64,000 nucleotides of DNA, taken from assembly GCF_009914755.1 (NCBI RefSeq), contig NC_060926.1; one strand, 5' to 3'. Shown here in pieces: positions 26,134 to 42,669 of this stretch (its first letter is position 1; every line of letters starts with the position of its first letter). The stretch comes from the human T2T-CHM13v2.0 reference genome, Homo sapiens. Made by a program: the position numbers and the translations under genes. The notes beneath the pieces were generated by a model. The model saw only the letters and a list, made by a program, of their open reading frames with translations, did not search any database and was not told the origin of the DNA.

Positions 26134-27360
26134 TGGTGCTTGGATAATTGACTAGCCACATGCAGGAGAATGAAACTGGATCTTTATCTGTCACCTTATA
26201 CAAAAATCAACTCAGGATGGATTAAGGACTTAAATCTAAGAGGTAAGGCCTGAAACTATAAAAATTCTAGAAGGTAACATTGGAAAAACACTTTTAGACA
26301 TTGGCTTAGGTAAGGATTTCACGACGCAATAAAAACTGGGACCTAATTAAACCAAAGAATTTTTGCACAGCAAAAGGAACAATCAGCAGAGTAAACACAC
26401 AACCCACAGAGGGAGAGAAAATCTTTACAATCTATACATCTGACAAAGGACTGATATCCAGAATCTATAACGAACTCGAACAAATCAGTAAGAAAAAAAC
26501 AAACAATCCCATCAAAAAGTGGGCTAAGGACATGAATAGACAATTCTCTAAAGAAGATATACAAATGGCCAACAAACATATGAAAAAATGCTCAACATCA
26601 CTAATGATCAGGGAAATGCAAATCAAAACCACAATGTGATGCTATCTTACTCCTGCAAGAATGGCCATAATCAAAAAATCAAAAAACAGTAGATGTTGGC
26701 GTGGATGTGGTGATCACGGAACACTTCTACACTGCTGGTGGGAATGTAAACTGGTACAGCCACTATGGAAAACAGTGTGGAGATTCCTTAAAGAACTAAA
26801 AGTAGAACTACATTTGATCCAGCAATCCCACTACTGGGTATCTACCCAGAGGAAAAGAAGTCATTATATGAAAAAGATACTTGCACACGCATGTTTATAG
26901 CAGCACAATTTGCAATTGCAAAATCATGGAACAAATCAAATGCTCATCAATCAACGAGTGGATAAAGATACTTTGGTATATATGTACAATGGAAAACTAC
27001 TCAGCCATAAAAAGAAATGAATTAACAGCATTTGCAGTGACCTGGATGAGATTGGAGACTATTATTCTAAGTGAGGTAACTCAGGAATGGAAAACCAAAC
27101 ATTGTATGTTCCCCGTGATATGTGGGAGCTAAACCACGAGGATGCAAAGGCATAAGAATGATACAATGGACTTCTGGGTCTTGGGGGGAAGTGTGGGAGG
27201 GGGGCGAGAGTTAAATGACTACAAATAGGGTGCAATGTATACTGCTCAGGTGATGGGTACACCAAAATCTCACAAATCACCACTAGAGAACCCGCCCATG
27301 TAACCAAATACCACATGTGCGCCAATATCTTATGGAAAAAAAAAGATTCATCCATGTTAT

Positions 27361-28060
27361 AGCCTGTGTCAGGACTTCATTCTTTTTCATGGAAGAGTAA
27401 CATTTCATTGTATGGACACATCACAGTTTGCTCATCCATTTACCAGTTGGTGGACATTTGGGTTGTTTGCATACCTTGGCTATTATGAATAATGCTGCTG
27501 TGAACATTATCCATAATAGTCAAGATATGCAAACAACCTCAGAAAAAGTGTACACTTATTTTTTTTTTAGTGTACAAGTTTTTGGGTAGACGTGTTTTTA
27601 TTTATCTTAGGCATGTATGTCTAGGAATGGAATTGCTTGCTTTCTATGTTTAACTTTTTAAGGAACTGCAAACTGTTTTCCAACTGGTTATAACATTTTA
27701 CATTTCCACCAGCAATGTATGAAGGTTCCAGTTTCTCCAGAAAACTGTTTCTTGACAATAGTTTTATTATCTTTCTTTTTTATTATAGCCATCCTAGTTT
27801 GTATGAAGTGGTGTATTGTGATTTTTGATTTGCATTTTCTCAGTGACAAATGATGTTTCCATTGGCCCATTGGCTATTTCATGTGCCCGCTGGCCACTTG
27901 CATGTCTCATTTGGAGAAATGTGTGTTCAAATCCATTTCTGTTTTTAGATTGGGGCATTTATCTTTTCATTGTAGAATTGTAAGATTTTTTAATATATAT
28001 ATTTTGGACACAAGTCCCTTATCAAATAGATGATTTGCAAATATATTCTTCCACAGTATT
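27361..28060 (-). mobile_element. Old L1 (L1MB-like), right part, continuation of 23270-23600
   Basis: GGACATTTGGGTTGTTT...TTTACATTTCCACCAGCAATGTATGAAGGTTCCAGTTTCTCC...TTGGAGAAATGTGTGTTCAAATCC. Confidence 0.88.
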
Positions 28061-29289
28061 TTTTTCAATTTTTAATTTCAGCCAAGTTTTCTGTCTACAA
28101 TTGAAAGTTCTACCGTTGACAATAGTAAACAAATATGGCAAGCTTGTACCAAATGGAAATGGATCTTCAGCTCTACATGAAAGATCTGACTACAATAGGA
28201 CTTCAGTTGATATGAAATAGAAATGCAGCATATACAGATACAGGCTGGATTCCTGTTGTACTATCCCAATTTTCAATTTACTTAGCAAAAGCTTCAGAAA
28301 ACTGTCAAGTGTCAAAGTCTGTAGCATGTCGACAAAAATCTGTGAAAGGGTGTAAGTAAATGAATAGTAGAGAAAAATGTGCAGTATTAAAAACAAGGAT
28401 CTTTAGAGGGAGGCTGAAGTGCTATAGCAACTGAGTATGAGAAAACTAGCAGATTTGACTGAGGGGAAGTCATAATTGTAACACTTTGCTATTGACAGAT
28501 GGGGGCCCAGAAGGTAGCTTGGAGTCAAAACAGAGCACCAAACACAGGAATAACTCGTGAGAGTAGATGAGATCAAATGCATGTTTATAAAAAGATAATT
28601 ATTTTAGAAGAGGCTCTAAATAAAGATTCCTCAGCTGTGAGGGTTCAAAGCAACAATTATTTTCATTCTCTTAATTTTCCGTTACTGACATTGATGGTCC
28701 AGTTGAGAGCATCAGCATTTTACTGCTTAATTGTATATTGCTCTCTGCAAAAATGACTATTCTACTGTGAAAAAGTTACAACAAATCAGGAAGCCATCAT
28801 TTCATACAGGTTTAGTGCTGTAACCTCATCACTCATTCATTTCATTCATGTCATAAGTCCTTAATGAATAATCTTATGTATCTGGAACATTGCTAAACCG
28901 GTATAATGTTAATCAAGACATAGACCATGCCACCTCACAGTTCATGGCTTAGTGGGAAGGAGATAACAAATAAAAATATAATTGTATATAGTAAAATTGT
29001 ATACCTTCAATGGCATACCACTGAAGTTTTCTGAAGTCTAGGGGTGCCAGACATTAGTAATTCATGAGTCCATTTGTCTATCTGAAAGAAGCATGTTGAA
29101 CTTGCCCAAGGAATAAAGAAGAATGTTGTCCTTGCAGGTAGGATACCTATGTTTCCCCATGATGACTGTCTCAGTTCTCCATGGAGAAAAGCAAAACTTG
29201 TGTACTCAGAGACTTGGTTAAGAAGTGTGTATACATATTGAAGAGGGGAAAATACTATATCATTATTATCATGGCTCCTTCATCTACCA

Positions 29290-29530
29290 TGACATTATAA
29301 GGAAAGAGCTAAGACCCTGAAGCCAAACTGCCTTGGTTTAAATCTCGATTCTGCCACTTAGCAGACGTGTGACCTTTAGTAAGTTACTAATTTTTTCTGT
29401 GCCTTAATATTCTCATTTGTAAAAGTGGGGATGAAAATAGCACCTGGGTTATAAGGCTGTCATATACATTGAATGTGGATAAACATGTAAAGTTTGGGGG
29501 ACACGATCTGGATCATGGAAAGCACGCAAA
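29290..29530 (+). mobile_element. MIR
   Basis: TTCTGCCACTTAGCAGACGTGTGACCTTTAGTAAGTTACT...CTCATTTGTAAAAGTGGGGATGAAAATAGCACC. Confidence 0.8.
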
Positions 29531-29564
29531 AGATTTTTTTTTTAGCCTCAATTTAGTTTTTCCA

Positions 29565-29569
<5 letters not shown>

Positions 29570-29616
<47 letters not shown>
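29570..29616. repeat. (TG)23 microsatellite
   Basis: Direct reading. Confidence 0.98.
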
Positions 29617-29617
<1 letters not shown>

Positions 29618-29829
29618 GGGGGAGGGGATAGGGAGGTGCATGGGGGCCAGCAAATTCTCTTTATGGGCTTTTATTGCATAGCTGGCAAGGAAGAAAATTC
29701 ACCACCCGTAACCTCAGGAAGAGGGCATCTGTGTTTGCCTGGAGCAATTGCCAAGTGACATTTGTGGAGAAACTGTTTTCCTTCTTTCATTCCACAAAAA
29801 TGTCTTGACAGCCTACTCTATGTCTCATT

Positions 29830-30020
29830 ACTGTGTTTCACTTTCTTCGTGGAACTTATGCTTCTCTGGAATCATCTTACTTGTTTACCTGTGCATTGTC
29901 TGTCTTTTTGCATGAGAATATGAATGCTGTGAGTGCAGTGCTATCCTTGGCTATATTCCCAGGGCCTATCACCATGCATGACACATCATAGTGGGATGAT
30001 AAGTATTTACTGAATAAATT
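29830..30020. mobile_element. L2 3' end
   Basis: TATATTCCCAGGGCCTATCACCATGCATGACACATCATAG...TAAGTATTTACTGAATAAAT. Confidence 0.65.
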
Positions 30021-30824
30021 GATACCCAATAATATGCTTGTATTGATGGAGGGATGCGGCCTATTAGCCCACCTTCTGGATGGGAAGAAGATATGTGAAT
30101 ATATAGCCCCAGCTCAAGATTTGATTAGGAAAACACAGCATGTCCACACCCTCTCAGTGGAGACAAGCTGTCTTAGTTGCCCAAGAGCTTAGCGCAATAC
30201 TCACTGAACACAATATTTTCATTTGCTTGTATTTTTCCTGAATAGACTCATGTAACATCTGGGCTCACATAGAGGCAAGCTATGTTATACTGGGGCAATG
30301 TATAACTCAGATGTTTGGATTCTATGTGTATGGGTTTGAATAGGCCTCTCCTTCTGTGTGAATGATATGCTTAGTGCTGACGGCATTTACTAGAAAATTA
30401 ACTTTACTACTCAATGACTAAGTTCATATTGGCAATCAAATATCCAAGTGTTTGCCTAGACTCCTCTTCAAAAACATAAAAGAGCAAAAATGTAAAAATC
30501 GGTTGTTTTTTTCATAACTTTCTTTTATGCTCTAGATTTTTCAGGTTGAGATAGTTAGAAATAGGATTTACTTCTATTTTTTAACATTCAGAAAATGTCT
30601 ATTTCACTTACAACCAGAAAATATTGACATGAACACCCTGTACAGATTACTAAAAAGTCCCAGAAATTGCATTTGAATTTGTTTTAAGATTTTCCTGAAA
30701 CTTGTAGCTGTCTTCTCTTTTTGATGAAGGTCTTACTTTTTTGTGACTAGTAATTGCTCAAAAAATTGGAAATTAAGCACCAAGCATTGTCCTAAGAACC
30801 TCAAATCTAATTTTGCATTCCTGG

Positions 30825-30975
30825 GAGGCAGATGCTGTTATTATTCCCTTTATATAGTTATGGAAACAAAGGCAAAGATTAAGTAAACTGCCCAATGTCC
30901 TACAGCTAGTTAAGCGGTATAACTGGAATTTAAACCTGTGTCTATCTGTCTACGAAATGGCTGCTGTTAAGCACT
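30825..30975 (-). mobile_element. MIR
   Basis: TTATTATTCCCTTTATATAGTTATGGAAAC...TTAAGTAAACTGCCCAATGTCCTACAGCTAGTTAAG...GGAATTTAAACC. Confidence 0.7.
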
Positions 30976-33612
30976 ACACAATAATATTGTTCTTTTTTTT
31001 TCTCTTACTTCCATTCATTGATCTGATATTTGTTTGTTTGTTTCTAATCATTGCTTTTCATTCCCTGTTATGTTTTCTCTTTTCTGTCATCTCTGGCAAT
31101 TTAAAATTATCCAGAATATTGTTGAATTTGGAAATTACGCTGCTTGGTAACAGCCCAGATAGGAATATCTTAATCCTCTAGGCCTTCCTGGATGTTTTCC
31201 TCTCATCTTGTTTTCTCTCAAAGGCCTCCTGAGTTTCTCTTACAGGTAATCTCTATCCAACCTCAACCGCAAACCCTTGTGCCATCTGAGCCAGGGCTTT
31301 CCCTCTCATCTCCACAGCCAAGAGTGTTGAATTATATGTCATTATAACTTCTATAGGAATTTCATTTCCTAAATTTCTGAAGTTTCGATCAAAATATATA
31401 ATAATATCCAACTTTGCCCTTTGTAAAATTGTAGTGGTTCTGCTAGACCCCTAGATAGATACCTGGTAGCTCCACTACTTCCTTCAATTCATGAACTGCC
31501 CCCTAAAATTTACTTCAACTGCTTTTAAACCTTTTGTTCCTTCTCCATGGGTTCCTTTTCTCAACAAGTTACTGCCCTAGAATTCAGCAGGTGAGTGTGC
31601 TATGATGAGCTTTCTCATGATATAAATGAAAAGGAGCTGTGGGTCTGAATCGTAACTTTTGTAATCTTAGGGACATTTCTGCTCTGCTAAAATAGGGTCT
31701 TCTCTTTCTCACCTCCCTCCCGATAGCTGTATTACTTATGAACATTCTTTTGCTTTGATATCACGATAAAAATATTTATAACTATTCTGTCATACTTTAT
31801 TCACTGTTACTAGGTAGGTTCTTTCTATCTCTTTTGTCTAGCTTTCTTCAGAAATCTTTTTTCCATAAATGGTGTATCTCAGGCAAAAATGAAGCTCTTC
31901 TGAACAAAGAGAAAAGAGTAGGTCTCTTACTATTACCCTCTGAATATAGGAGAATATCCTCCTTCAAAAAAATGAGCCTTTATTTGAGGAAATTGGTGTT
32001 ACTACAAATGCAGGGGGCAATTTAGCTGTACTGGTAATAACAACTTTAATATATTTTCAAGCTAGCAGTACTGTGGGCACGTTCAATGGTGCAGACCTGT
32101 GGATCTTCAGTCTTCATTAAAGTAATGGTTAGCGGAGACCCTCCACTATTCTTTACAAAAAATGGGAAGAACATCATGGTGCAGTCCTGGAAGAATATAA
32201 AAGGCCTTCTTTTCTAAATTGTCTTCTAAACAACACAAGTTCTAAGGCATGCTATTTTTGGGGAAAAAAGGTGGGGGTTATTTCAAGTTGAATATGTTAA
32301 ACACATATTCAAGAATAACCTTCTTTGACCCAGTAACTCTCCTGAGTTTCTGACATGCTAATGAGCTCTTTAAGTTCCCATGGGGTGAAAATGGTGACAA
32401 AGAACACCTCATTTCCTGATCTTCAACTTCAGTGGACTTATTGGAGGGGTCGTTTCGTGTAGTAGTCTCCGTAAGGCACTGTGGGAAGGGATTCTCTAAC
32501 TCTACCAAATTTTTCCTTTGGCTTAGACAAGACCATAAGAAAGCTTTCAACCCAGATTATTTTATTTTAGCTATTCAAAAACATTTATTTTTGTATGTGC
32601 ACCGTCAAATCTCACTGAAAGGCATTTCCACAAACAGGACAGTGACATTTACTGTGTCATTTCTTATAAGAATATTGTCAACTCTGCTTGTTATCTCAGA
32701 TAGTAGGACATTTACAGGGACCCACGAGGGTACTTTCCATTACATTGTGTTACCAGGAAAAACAATGCTATTTAGCAAATTTTGTGTTGTCCAAAATTTT
32801 CCCATGAAAAACATAGCAAAGAACAATAATTATTTTATTGATGCTTAATTTAGCTTTAAAAGAAATAATTATTAGTTTAAAAATACATTTTAATTTTAAA
32901 TATATTCATATTTAGTAATTATTTGTGTACAAAATGAAATGTGCACTTACCAAACAAATATATTACACCTTGCAGTTATCATTCTGTTTCACTGTTTTAC
33001 ATTTTAAATACAACTTAAAATGAGAATTTCAGAATGCAACAAACTCAATTTCTCTCTTATAGTATTATGCTATTATACTTTAGTTTATTTAAAACTGACT
33101 GTTAAACACAGGGTTATCTAAAACCGTAGGGACCGGAGACAATAACTGTGCCCAAAGTGAGTTTAAATTATTTCAAACTGTTATAAACCTATTCTTGAAA
33201 TGAATGTATGTAGCTAATTCCACATGGTACAATTAAAACTGTGTTAACTAGAAGTTCTGCAAGTTAGTGGCCATGTAGAATGCCATGATTATCAAACATA
33301 AGTAATAAAATTACATGCATTTGAAACTGACATATGTTATTAAACTTAAAGGTAACTGCAGCAATTGTTAGAACTTAGGCCAACAAATAATTTTAAGTTA
33401 TCTGTAGAAAATGCATCTTGGGTGAGCCATTACCATCACTGCACTCCCCCACCCAAACTTCTGCTTGGTACTCCTTGTCCTCTGGATATTTATTATATGC
33501 ACTACATTCAACTAAACTCTATGTAAATTTCATAGTCATGTTTTCCTTTGTTCCATCTTGGTTATTTATACCATAGCGATGTATAAAAATGGCTTAACAT
33601 CCTTTTGCTAAG

Positions 33613-33985
33613 TGTTATAGATTGAATTTTGTCTACCCAAAACTTGTAGACATAATTTGGAGATAGGGTCTTTACAGAGGAAATCAGGTTAAATTAAGGT
33701 CATTAGGTTGGCTCTAATCCATATGACTGATGTCCTTATAAAAAGGTGAAATTTGGACACAGATACATACAAAGGAAAAAAAGATGTGAAGAAACACAGA
33801 GAAGATGGCCATCCACAGGACAAGGAGTGAGGTTTTGAACAGATTCTTTCTTCACAGCCCTCAGGAGAATCCAAACCTGCCAACATCTTGATCTTGGACA
33901 TCCCGTCTCCAGAACTGTGAGACAAGACATGTGTTGTTTAAGCCACACAGCCAGTCTGTCATACTTTGTTATGCACTAATATGAA
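33613..33985 (+). mobile_element. MaLR LTR (MLT1B/C-like), solo
   Basis: TGTTATAGATTGAATT...CTAATCCATATGACTGATGTCCTTATAAAAAGG.GAAATTTGGACACAGA...ATCTTGATCTTGGAC...CCAGAACTGTGAGACA. Confidence 0.88.
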
Positions 33986-34485
33986 TATGAACAAAAAGTA
34001 AAGAAGCTGACCATATTATTAACATAATTGTCTTACTTCCAACCTTATTGCACCTTTGCTTGTGGTTCTGTGTTCATTCTGACAGCCCCCCGACTTCCTT
34101 TTCTGTCATCGAGGAGGCCCTTATGCACAGTCATTGTGTGTTAGACTGCCCTACTCCAAACCTGTCCCTTTGCTCTCAGCACATGACGTGGCCAGAAAGA
34201 TTATTTAAAACAGAACAAACAAACAACAAACTAGAAAATGGGGCTATTTGGGAGGATCAGTGTCATCCTCCAAATACAAAGCTTCCTATATTCCTTTCTT
34301 CAGTTTTACGTTCTTGCAGTATTGAGAACGAAATCCAGCAACACTACTCTACTTCCATCATAAAGTATTCTGGAAGATACTTCATTATCATCTCTCCTGC
34401 TTCTAAAACGGCCCAACCCCCATCTCCTATGTTTCCCTTCAATATATGCTTATTCTCTAGCATTTTCTCCAGTTAAAACAAAACA

Positions 34486-34849
<364 letters not shown>

Positions 34850-34891
34850 TCACTGTTCACAAATGTACAGTTGAACAAAATGTATAATTTA

Positions 34892-37311
<2,420 letters not shown>

Positions 37312-37500
37312 TGGAGGCTCTCAACAGCAATGCCTGGGGACTGTGATCCTTGAGAGAAGAAAGGCAAACAAGTTGAGCCCCACAGTTCTCTGGCTTTCTC
37401 CTCATGAATGGTTTGTGTTTCTTTTTAAACCACTGAATGAGGAAATGGACTTCAAGCAGAGAATGGGTAGTCTGGTTGAGTGGAAGAAATACAGTGGAGA
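37312..37500 (+). mobile_element. Ancient L1M 5'-end fragment (likely continues 34793-34890)
   Basis: GGACTGTGATCCTTGAGAGAAGAAAGGCAAACAAGTTGAGCCCCACAG resembles the L1M 5' region as recalled. Confidence 0.5.
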
Positions 37501-37509
37501 ATAGTCATA

Positions 37510-37872
37510 TGATGGAATTTCACGCCTAATAACAAAAGCAATAAGTATTGATACACACTACAAATGGGTAAATCTCAAACATGTAATATTGAAAGAAAAA
37601 ACAGAAAAACATCACCTACTTTATGATTCCATTTTTATAAAGACCCAGAGGAAGTAAAACTATCACTACCAAGAACAAGTACAAGTGTTGTTATCATGGG
37701 GGATAATGACAGAAGTCAGTATAGTACCATGTACGAATACCAGCGTGAAAGGGGTATGGGCCCTCCTGGCTTGATGGGAAATATTCTCTGTTTTTGTCTG
37801 TATGGTGGTTAAATGCCAAAAAAATTATTGTACTGTGTACTTACATCTTTACACTGAAACCTCAATAAAAGC
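37510..37872 (+). mobile_element. Ancient L1ME-like 3' end
   Basis: ATGGGTAAATCTCAAACAT...TACTTTATGATTCCATTTTTATAA...TGATGGGAAATATTCTCTG...CCTCAATAAA. Confidence 0.7.
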
Positions 37873-38302
37873 AAATAATAGAAGAATTGAAGGAACAACA
37901 AGAAAAAAAAATACTACCCTTATCCCTGACTCTCACTTTCTCTCTCTCTTGAAATCACAAACTTCTATAAAGATCATTACTTATTTTCAATTGTTATTTA
38001 GTGCTTTCTTGTGGAATCTATTAATACCTAGCAATAGTAGTATTAGCCTGTCTAAGCTATTCTTGCTAAGCTCATGTGTCAATTGCCAAGTATAACAATT
38101 TGCTTTCACTTTTTAAAAATTTTGTTAATAATGATTCTATTCTTATTGAAGCTAACTTTTCCTTTGGTTTTCACGGTATGCCTTTCTCTCTCTCTCTCTC
38201 TCTCTCCTTTTTTTGTTTTTTGGTTTTTTTTTGTGCCAACCTTGACATCCTTTCCTCCTCAAAGCTTCTTTGTTATTTCTTAGCCTTTGCTTATTTCTTA
38301 AA

Positions 38303-38485
38303 CCAGTGGTTCTCAACTTTCATTGAAATCACCTGGAGGAAGGGACCCTTGACAACATAATGATGCTCATGCATGCATTCATCTTAGAGCAATTATGTCA
38401 GAATTTATTGAGATGGAATCTGAAATTTTTAATTGAAAATCTTCTACATAATTTTAATGAATGTCCCAAGTTAAAACTCCTATCT
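38303..38485. mobile_element. MER5-like hAT-Charlie element
   Basis: CAGTGGTTCTCAACTTT terminus...AATCACCTGGAGG. Confidence 0.6.
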
Positions 38486-38574
38486 TAAATATTCATGTTC
38501 CCCAGGAGTTATTCTATCTGGAGTCTTATCTTCCTACAATAAATGATCTCTGGGTGCAATCTCAACCTTGCCCA

Positions 38575-38955
38575 TTGTCTTAGTAAGCAAAGGCTGAGTT
38601 CTTTTGTTATCATAAACAAACCCTACATTTTCAGTAGCTTAATACACAGAGATTTACGGCTTTCTGTTACAAAGTTTTCTCTGGTCTACTGGCCTTCCAG
38701 GGCAACTCTCTTCTAAGCAGTGACTCAAAAATCTAAGCTGTTTGCATCTTGTAACTGTCCTATTGGAAACACTGCAGAAGGGAAGAGAAATGGAAGGCTA
38801 AGCAGTGAACATTAAATGCTTCCACATGGAAGTGGCACCCATTACTTCCACTCATAGCTCATTCACCAAAAGTCAGAAACCATCTGACTCGGAGGAGTTC
38901 GAAAATGTGTGAGAGATTCTACATCTTTGGGAAGCAGTAAATGTCTCTGTCATAC
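38575..38955 (-). mobile_element. Old MaLR LTR (MLT1K/L/M-like)
   Basis: TTTCAGTAGCTTAA...GCAGTGACTCA...TTAAATGCTTCCACATGGAAGTGGCACCCATTACTTCCACTCATAGCTCATT. Confidence 0.65.
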
Positions 38956-39366
38956 TTGTTTTCAACAACCTTTTCCAAATGAGTGTATGTGGCATAGACC
39001 TCTGTCACTTGCCTCAGTTCATATTTTTAATGCTCTACTAGAAACCTTGACTTGGTTACTACAAGTTCTTCCAACTCAGTATGTCCCAGATAATTCTTTC
39101 TATCTCCTCCTGATCTTCCACTTGTAATCTTGTGAACAACACCAATATTTACCCAATGCTCCAATTCTGGATTTAATCCTTGATTTTTCTTTTAGTAAGC
39201 CATGACTGTTCGTCCTTGAAATATCTCTCTAGTCTCTCCTTGTTCCTCTGGTCAAACTGTCATTATTTTGCCTCTAGTTCTCAGTAGAGTTAGATTGGAC
39301 TACAAAAATTGTCTCCTTACTGGCTTTCCGCAGATATATCCTTTCACTACTGATAGTGTGATTGTT

Positions 39367-39615
39367 CTTTTCTTTTTTCTTCAAGACAGGGTCTCACTCT
39401 GTCACCTGGGATGGAATGCAGTGGCATGATCATGGTTCACTGCAACCTTGACCTCCCAGGCTCAGGAGATCCACCCATCTGAGCCTCCTGATTACCTGGG
39501 ACCATAGGCGTGCACCACCACACCCAGCTAATTGTTTGTATTTTTTGTAGAGATAGGGTTTTGCCATGTTGCCCAGGCTTGCCTCGAACTCCTGGGCTCA
39601 AATGATCTGTCACCC
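39367..39615 (-). mobile_element. AluJ-like
   Basis: AGACAGGGTCTCACTCTGTCACC...TTTGTAGAGATAGGGTTTTGCCATGTTGCCCAGGCT...CTCCTGGGCTCAA. Confidence 0.92.
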
Positions 39616-41608
39616 TTTGGAGATATCTCAAAGACTGGATTCTTTGTTCTCTTCTTTTTGTTATTCCCCAATCCCAGCACAAGGCCTGACATTTTCTAAG
39701 CACTTGATAGCTCTCTGCCCTTGTAGTATGACTTTTGTAGATCTCTTCAATCTTCAATGACTTATTAGCCTCTATTAGTTTCCCTTTAATTCTTAGCGTG
39801 TACAAGGAAGAATAACACTGAATCCATAGTGCACAACTTTGTCTCAGGTTCAGTGAGAATAGCATGAGTTTTGAAAAGGTAGAGAACACAGAAGGAGCCG
39901 CCTGGGGTCTTTGGCCAGAAATAAAGGCAGATCACTACAGACCATGCCTGCATTTGAAAGAGGTTTTGAAGTTCTTTGAAGCATGGGGTCATGACGTTTA
40001 CCACACAGTAGCTTGTGCTGTGGTTCTACCTTGGCTTAGGAGTTCAACTATAGCAGCCTTAATATGAGTACAGAAGCTACAAATCTTCCCTTACCTTGTA
40101 TCATTCATTTCTGGAGTCTAGACTCTCTCAAATACTTAGGCAAGAAAATTAAGCCTGATGCCCCAGAGCTTCCATCATTGGTAATGAATTAACTTCTCTC
40201 TAATGTGGTACTCGCTGCTACCACTCTCGAAAGAATTACAAAAACAGCTAAATTATTTTTATGAGGCTTAATTCCCCTTGAATTTTTCTGCACTCTGTAT
40301 ACGATAAGAAATAGCATCATTTGGCCGACTTCCCAGGGCTGCTGTGTGGATAAAACAAGAGTCCTTATAAGAGCAGTTAACTAATGGCAAATCGCCACAC
40401 ATTTCTTGTCTTTGTATGCGCATAGCCCACATGTCAGGTCTCTTTTTAAGCTATGACCCCTGAATCCACATGAACTGGGGTTCATGCTGTACCAACCAGG
40501 AAGTAGGGGTGATCAGTAAGTCCTTTACCACTCCCTCTCCCCTCCAAATCCGATCTACCACCGGGAACCCTTCACTTCCCTTGCACTCCCCTCCATTCTC
40601 AGCACACTCTCAGGAGCAACTCATTTCCTTTCTCTAGCATAGAACCAGCAGGGCCAGTTTACCACATATGAGGCCTTGGGAGGCTGGACTTCTATCCTAA
40701 AGTGGCCTCAACCAAGCCCTTTCTTATCCACGGAGAGCCTTGCCGCATCAAGTGCAAGGAAGATAAATTGTCCCCATATTATTATTCCAGTCACCAAGAG
40801 AACAGCAATTAAATAGTACAAAGCACCTCTTGTTATTCTTTGGATGCCTATTTGCTTCTCCTCTCAATTTAATGTGTTGACTTGAACTTCAGAAATTATT
40901 TGAAACTTATTATATTGGAAATGACCATTATAGGAAGCTCTTAGAGGGTTGTGGATTCATTTGGGAGCTAGGGAGGGGGTTGGTGACCAGGTTAGGGCTT
41001 GGATGTGGAGCTGAGTGAGCTGTCAGGATTTCATCTAGTCATGCTTGGCTATTGCATGTGATTCCCCAAGCTGGCAGCCTGAGCAGGAGGAGCCATCCGT
41101 GCGTCAGTTCTATATAGCACAGCTTCCTTCTCTCGCACCCCAAGATGGAGGAAAGTAGTCAGATCTTCCATGTTGTATAGGAAAGACTACCCGTGTTCCC
41201 CCACCAAAAACGTGAATAGAACTTAATGATATAAATAATCTACACGGTAGGACAAAGCGAAAGCCTGAATAACAAGTATGAACGTGGACCACACATGGGA
41301 TATCAGGAAGCAGACAGGTATTTTTCCTGTCTTTTGACCTGCAGAAATCTATCTTTACACCTTTGTCATGCTGTCTCCAGCATAGAAGTCCCAGACAACT
41401 ATGACCATGCAAGTCTATCCAATCTCTAATATTCAGTTAAATTCCTTCCTCATCGAATGCCTTCAGTTTCTAGTGATCTCTCTTTACTGAAAATGCAGAC
41501 TATATCTCAAAACTTAAAATTTCAAGATATCTCATTCTATATTACTTTCTCATTGTTTAATGAATTTTAACTACAATCTTTAAATAGGGTATAAACTAAA
41601 TACGTTTT

Positions 41609-41637
41609 ACACACACACACACACACCCACACACACA
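41609..41637. repeat. Interrupted (AC)n microsatellite
   Basis: Direct reading. Confidence 0.95.
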
Positions 41638-41659
41638 ACCTTTGTGAGTCTCTGTAACC

Positions 41660-42110
41660 AGTTCAGGGGGTCCACAAGGTGCTACCATTTCATATCAGTG
41701 TAAAGCTGTATTTTCTTCATATCCTTCAACTAAATCCTACATGTCACAACGGAATGAATGAAGACACGGATATGAGAATACAGCCATCTTTTATCAAACC
41801 AGACAATGAATATATACTTAAAAATGTAAATCAGTCATTCGCTTCACTAATGCCTTTGTTTGGAAACACGTAGGGCTTTACAAATTGTTATTTAGTTAAA
41901 CATATAATAGAATCATTGTTATTTTAAATGATTTATACATTTTTAAAGCCATAATTTCAAAAAAACCTCAAGTTAAGTTATTACAATATGTTAAATATCA
42001 ATACATATAATCTACATGCCACAAAAGCTATTTGGATTTCTCAATAATTTTTAAGAATCTGAAGGAATTCTTAGACCAAAATGAAAACTTTTCATTTTGA
42101 GAACTAAGAT
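41660..42110. mobile_element. hAT-Charlie-family DNA transposon relic
   Basis: GAATGAAGACACGGATATGAGAATACAGCCATCTTTTATCAAACCAGACA...AAAATGTAAA matches a recalled Charlie internal motif. Confidence 0.6.
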
Positions 42111-42282
42111 TAAGAACTTCTATTCTAGTTTATTGCAGCACTTTTTTTTCTTCTGAGAGTGAGACAGTTCTGCAAACAGCCATGATATATAAAAAGTACA
42201 AGTTCATTTCCAGGCTTGAGTAGTGTCTAAAGAAGGTGTGGATTTCTAGCCCCAGAATTTTTGATGTAAAGAAAGAGAAATT

Positions 42283-42669
<387 letters not shown>

